Positions 57,582 through 64,000 of a stretch of DNA of 64,000 bases are shown in pieces (position 1 is the stretch's first letter; the number at the start of each line of letters is the position of its first letter). The notes under the pieces are model-generated. The model was given only the letters and a program-made list of their open reading frames with translations, ran no database searches and was not told the origin of the DNA. This stretch comes from Eledone cirrhosa (taxonomy: Eukaryota), in contig OZ024740.1 in assembly GCA_964016885.1 (NCBI GenBank), forward strand, positions 300,204,001-300,268,000, in the 5' to 3' direction. The position numbers and the translations under genes are program-made.

Positions 57582-60500
57582 TATACTGAAAAATAATAAT
57601 AAAAGGTTTCTGAAAAGTGCACCTGGTAAATATATATAAAGTTCTTTATGACATGTACAACAATGGATGTTTAGCAAAACTCTGATTTGCTACCTTTGAT
57701 CTGTGCCATTTCAGTCCTCAAATCCTCGTGTTTAAAAGGTATGTGAACAGTGCCTTTGTTTTTATTGTTCTTATGGCGTATACACATATCGTTCTCTTTT
57801 CGATGTCAGGTCGGTTTTCACTGGTGTAATGGTAGCTTCGTATACGATAGTCATAACATTGCATTTTTGTTGTAAAAGCATTCATCTTTGTTCCCATATC
57901 AATATGGCGGATATAAATCAGGTTGTTTTTCTAATGTTTTATTTTTGTTTTGCTTTCAAGGAAGCCGATATTCAGAGTCTGCCTATCGAAAAGGTCCCTG
58001 TATCTGTTCAGTAGTGCAATGATATCATTTGTATTCTAAGAATTGTCTGTCTATTTTAGTTTCCATTGTTCAGGGGTAATGGGGTGTAAACCAAATTAGA
58101 TTTCTTTTCCTACATATACGTGTATTTTCAATATTGATATTATGCATATTATTAATCTGAAATGGTTCAACGAGAGGCACACGAACATAGCTTTGGGCGA
58201 TCGTGTAACATGATTTTTTTCCATCTCCTCTCTATCTAGATTCCATATGAGTGTAGTCCTTATATGTTGCTTGGCGGAAACTGTTATATTTGCGTGAACG
58301 TTTGGAGTTTTTCACGTTTGCTATAGTTAAATTGATTGATAGTTTCGTTGACAGCTATCATTACCTAGGTATGTTTGGTGGCAATACACTTTTACTATGC
58401 GTTGATGTGTTCAATTTGGCAATATATCCTCCCTTACAGTTTTACAGTATAATAGAGTAATCTCATTTATTTGCAATATATTTCTGTCTCCCGAAACCTG
58501 GTATCCTCCTGGTGTTATTGTACTGTGCTAGCTAAGGGGTATTGATATATTATACAATCTGGTGTGATGTCAGTGAATTGTTATTCCGATAGAATAATTA
58601 ATATTATGTGTACAACACAACATATAAAATATTTACGATGAAAAATATTTAAAGAAATGAATTTTTTAAAGTTTGAAATAAAAAGATGAAGTGTCGTATA
58701 ATATCCTATACATGTAAAAGTAATCCATATCGATGAAATGCACCTATGTATATGAACTAATACAATATCCAAATATTTTAATACATTAATGTACGAAATA
58801 ATATTTTTTATGGAGCATATTCATAATAGAGCTCATATTTTATTTTGATATTGTCTCTGATTCTCTGCTGGATGTTCGTGTTAAGAGAACGGCTAAGCTG
58901 CCAATTGATCACAATATAGTTATATACATTCTGAAACTACATGACAAAAAGTCCCACAGGAGAGGCCAGTCCAGCTCGACCTACAGAATAAAATGGGAGG
59001 CGCTGGCGGATAAGAAAGTCAAGATCATACTATTGCATCCAAATTCAGAAAACATGGGTCAATTTTGCTTAGTGTGGTGCTGGGTGTCATGATGATACGT
59101 TGGTACAATGAAGATGTATAAGATAATCAGAGCAAAGAAAGATGCTTACAAAGCTTGGCATTCGGCATATGCTGGTCCAACTGTATACTTAATTCGTGGA
59201 TAAGTTTTGGTTGTAAGTGGATCTGTTACATTGGTAATCGTATTGATATCGATACCTCTGAATATATTTAATTTTTGATTAAAGTATATTTCTCATAAGT
59301 CTTTGTATTTATGTTGTATCGATTGGTGTAGAGAATCCTTGTGGTAAGTATGTGTTGATCTATAGTATTGCGGATTGTATTTAAAATGTTCCTCACCTTT
59401 TTTATTATTTACATCATATTCTACTTCATCGAATATACTTGTGGCCATGTGATATAATATACATTTTTCTATCTATGTCTGCTTATCAGAAACCTTTCGA
59501 GGTTGATTTCTTATGGATATACACTAGTATTGCAATTGATCTCAGCTTTCATTCCTGCATTTCCCAAATAGTAAGTAGCTTTTCTTTTAATCATTCAATT
59601 TCATTGTCTTCTGTTTCCCTGGTGTTACTCATACAATGGCTTCACTTAACAATGGCATAACCATTAAAGCATATATGTTCTACTATTATCTGTTACAGCT
59701 TCACCACCTTCCCCTCAACATCACTTTGTTATTCTTGTTCTTGAAATATGATATTACTAAGGTTTAGTAATACTCATCTCAGCAAATATGACTTGCTAGA
59801 TGTTATTAATACAAATAACATTGCAGATCCATGCACCCTATGTTGCGCTTTCTGAGACAATATTAGATTAGATCGAGCAGCATCCATTATTTGATTTAGA
59901 GTCCAGACGAGCTCATCTTTCGTTCAGACAATGTTTCAGAATCATTTAGCCAGTACATCTAACGTTAAGCCGATATCTTAGAAGATGTTGCATACATGAA
60001 TAGCATCAATGGAGTTTCAGAGGATATTCATTTTCGAAACAGGAATAAATTTCGTTATTACAATTTCCGCTTTTATGTTGATCTGTAAAATGAGATTTCC
60101 TCACATGATTGATGTACCCGGTTATTAGTGCCGGGGAGTGTTTATTATCCACAACGCTAATCGCGTAATCCATAAAGATGGTTTTAGTATATTACGATAA
60201 AAAAATATATGTTCAACTCATAAATTCTTCAGTCCTAGAGTTCCTTTTCAGGAAGTTTTTTTGACATTCCGAAAAAATTCGGTGCACCCTTTGTGTGCTT
60301 TTGGAGTATTCCGATTTTGTGAAACGTGATATACAAATAATATATATCCTAAGAATATCTACTTTAGACAAGACAGCGTATACATTCAGAATCTCGAAGG
60401 GCAATTGTTTCAGAAACAAAGATTATTTTTATAAAATATGACAACACATTTTTGCATATAATTTCACCTTTTAGTTCCTAGTCACTATCAAAAGTAAAGA

Positions 60501-61164
60501 CAGAAATACAAAACAACTTAACAATACCAACGGGAACAATAACACTAGCCTGTGTCAAGCCAAATGAGCCAAGTGTGAATAACCGGGGTACTGAACATAT
60601 TTTCTGATTTGTTCCTTTTTTTTCTTTTGTCTAGCAAATTAAGCCCAATGACTACTGGATTCTAAATGCCTAACCTTTTTGACTCGATAAGAATTATATT
60701 TGCTAAGTTTTAATTAGCCAAAATTTTGATTACTCAAACCAATACATTTAGCAAAGAGTAAACTGAAATGTCATCTGCATGGATATTGGCTAAATATAAG
60801 ACATCAGTGATGGATACATAAAATCATTGTTGCTGTGACTTAGGTCACAACTGATTGAACAACATGTGTTCTATCGTGTTCTGTCATGTGTGTAGCCCCA
60901 CATTATTGAATGTCTGCCATTTAAAAAAATAATGTTGGATTTAATATTAGAGAAATTTCGCTGCTATATATTGCAATTTGAGAGTTCTTACTTGTTTTTT
61001 TCCAATGTATTTGTATTTAATCGTTCGTGTTAGATCTCGGTAGTTGTCTTAACTATGGTATCCTAGAAGCACTTCATCATCGTCAGATATTTCTATAAGT
61101 ATATACCAGTGAGTGGATTGAATCTCAGATAACATTCTTAAGATAAAAAATTCTAGCACAATAT

Positions 61165-61556
61165 TCTTCTTCTTCTTCTTCTTCTTCTTCTTCTTCTTCT
61201 TCTTCTTCTTCTTCTTCTTCTTCTTCTTCTTCTTCTTTTTATTTTTCTTCTTCTTTTAATTTTAATTTTAATTTTTATTTTTATTTTTTATTTTTTATTT
61301 TTTATTTTTTATTTTTTATTTTTTATTTTTTATTTTTTATTTTTTATTTTTTATTTTTTATTTTTTATTTTTTATTTTTTATTTTTTATTTTTTATTTTT
61401 TATTTTTTATTTTTTATTTTTTATTTTTTATTTTTTATTTTTTATTTTTTATTTTTTATTTTATTTATTTTTTTTTTATTTATTTATTTTTTTTTAAATT
61501 CTACTTCTTTTTCTTCTTCTTTGTCTTCTTCTTCTTCTTCTTCTTCTTCTTCTTCA
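61165..61556. repeat. Compound (TTC)n / (TTTTTA)n / (TTC)n microsatellite
   Basis: Directly visible; abuts the 3' end of the adjacent LINE. Confidence 0.95.
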
Positions 61557-63300
61557 CCCACGTATTTCTCGGAGTGTCATGTTGGCAGAGTCCTCAAGCA
61601 TTCACTCAAGCTTGCCCTGTCAGAGGCAACTATTTGCAAGTGATATGGCATAGCTCCCCAAGAGAGACCTGCCAAATTCATGGTTGTTATCCCCCACCGT
61701 CCTCGGGCTCTTCTCCGGGGTCTCCTGATGTTTGGTTTTACCCATAACATCTGTGATATTCTAACCACATTTCCATAGTTTCGGAGCTGTGATTTATCAA
61801 TGAGGAGAAGTAGTGATTATTCCTGGAGTGGCTCTCTGATCTCTGAGCTGCGTACTATATCGAGTAACGTTAATCCAAAGACCCTTCGGAGGAACCCCAT
61901 TTTAGCTCCTTGTATTCACGATCGTATACTTTCGGTCATTACCCAAGATTCATGACCATGGACAATAGTTGGCACGGATACTGAATTAAAGATCCCTAGT
62001 TGGCTTTTACGTCTATCTCCCTTATTCTGAAATTGTCGCATTACTGCACAAGTTCCGGCAATTCTTGCACTTTATTTAATTTACTGACTTCCATCACTCG
62101 TGAACACGGACCCAAGATAATTGAACTTCTCTCCCTGCTTCAGTAGAAATCCATTTACATGCAGAGTGCACTGCGCAGGATTCCTTGAAAGAAAAAAGTG
62201 TCTCAGTTTCCGCAGCATTGATTTTTATTCAAGTCATGCAGCACTCGGTATCAAACCCATCGAGTACAAGAACACCTACTTTCGAATTAAATAGAATCAA
62301 CTCCTACCCCCACACACATTACTCATGATACCACTTCCAATCCGGCTGCGCATATCGATTCTGTTATATAATAAATGACCAGGAGAGGTGATAGTACGCA
62401 CTTTTGCTGAAGACAGACTCCCACATTGAATGGTTTCGATTTAACACCAATTATCCAAACAAAAATACTCGGGCATTCGTATAGAGATATCACGACAGCA
62501 AGAAGTTGACCACCGATACCATACTCCTGCAGAACGTTCCACAACGTTCTCGCGAGAGAAGCGGCCTTGTCGCTTTTCAAGGTCGGCAAAAGAAGAATAC
62601 ACCTCTTGGCAATAATCCCATGATTTGCCGAATACCTGCTGCAATATGAATATTTGGTCGGCTGTGATGCATCCGTGGCGAAAACCGCACTGTTCATCAG
62701 CTAGCTTGGACTCGACAATGTGCCTGTATCCCTTTCATAGACACTTAACATAGACTTTAACAGGAAGGCGGAAGATAGAAACCCTCTATAATTGGAACAA
62801 TCTCTCTTCTCTCCTTTTCGAAAATTGGGATTATTACTTCCAATTGCCATTGCTTCAGTGCCTTTCCAGAGAGACAAGCCACCCAGTACACATGATTCAA
62901 CCCAAGAACAGCTTATCTTTTGCAGCTTTTAACATATGGGGCCGGATTGCTTCGTCCCCAGCGGCCTTTCAACATTTGAACACTTTCACATCTCCTGTGA
63001 CCTCAGCCTCTGAGAGATTAGTCACCGCTCCCATATGCACATTGTGTACATCGGAAGGTGATCTTGTTATCGTGTTTAGGGGATCAGCAAAGCATACTCT
63101 CCACCTCGAGAGGCTGCACCGCAGACGCGGTCTTGATAGCAGGTGTGGATTAGGGCTTCTTATTAGAAATCGGTGGATGATCTGCCAGAACACTTGATTT
63201 GTTCATGTGAAGTCGGATACCAGCTTAACCCCAAACTCGTCTTGTCTAACTTTCGACGTGTTTTCTGTATCTGTTGCAATTATTCGTGCCTAATTGTACC
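61557..63300 (-). mobile_element. Decayed RTE-like LINE (RT region)
   Basis: Fragments such as EQCGFRHG, FADLEK, LWNVLQEYGIGGQLL, PFNVGVCLQQKCVLSPLL, FNYLGS, RRPRRRARGRW in shifting frames. Confidence 0.8.
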
Positions 63301-64000
63301 GCAAGTGGAACAAGGATGACTTGCTTTCTATTTTTATGTCTACATGACGCTAAATCATGTTTGGAGAGCTTATATTTACAGCAAAGGAATTGGCACACTT
63401 ATTGGCACACGTATTTACACCCGTATCTTTGATGAGGTCAAATTTATATTAAGCACCAGCCTGTATTTTCCGAACTGTTTCCCATTTTTATCACAATAAT
63501 GAACGTAATGATACATTTTGATTAATGTATGTCACGTATTTTACAATGAAATGCTAATTTTTGGACCTATGCAATATTTAAATTTACATGACTAGTCTAT
63601 ATTTTGTGGGAGACCCGTTCGTTTCCTATTATGTTGGCGAAGCAAGTTTTCATGTAGCAATCATCTTAATATTTTTGATGGGTATTTTTATTATTCTAAT
63701 ACAACATAACGGAATGCATGTTGTTGTTTTCTCCAGCAAGTCTTGCCTTATTTTGTTTATAATCCAAGTGACATTGAACTGCCCTTCTCTCATTTAGCTT
63801 CTGTTATATCCTTTGCCTTGATATCTGTTCATTCCTCTTCAGTACTTGTTTCCGTTTTTTAAAAATATTTTTATTTCATGTGTTCCATAGTGTTTTTTCC
63901 ACTTACTAACATCCCTCTCAAATCTTTGTAGTTCTGTTTCTTGAAATTAATATATTTAAATTTTTTTTTTTCTTTTTAAGTTCCTTAATTATTTTGATTA

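Noticed and set aside
57600-61160. Possible host exons in unique-looking sequence
   Set aside because: No ORF with recognisable domains or a supportable splice structure; would need RNA-seq.

Overview
AT-rich, microsatellite-saturated eukaryotic intergenic or intronic DNA. The SINE, RTE, Dong/R4 and Penelope content and a GC-expanded 18S fragment suggest a cephalopod (Octopus-like) genome; this is inference. No host protein-coding gene is supported: almost all long ORFs in the track are translated (TA)n/(TATG)n repeats. The real coding remnants are retroelements: three Penelope-like elements (RT and/or GIY-YIG), several RTE-type LINEs (one nearly full length) and a Dong/R4-type RLE element. 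The main unannotated signal is about 20 type I hammerhead ribozyme (HHR) motifs from at least 12 unrelated-looking sequence families. Most have a family-specific palindromic stem III and many are followed by AATAAA. They sit in short ORF-less elements inserted in (TA)n that form roughly 480-535 nt tandem units or foldback inverted repeats (retrozyme / PLE pseudo-LTR-like). One such element is fused at its predicted cleavage site to an 18S rRNA fragment. All motifs were read and paired by eye; no activity or database match has been checked.
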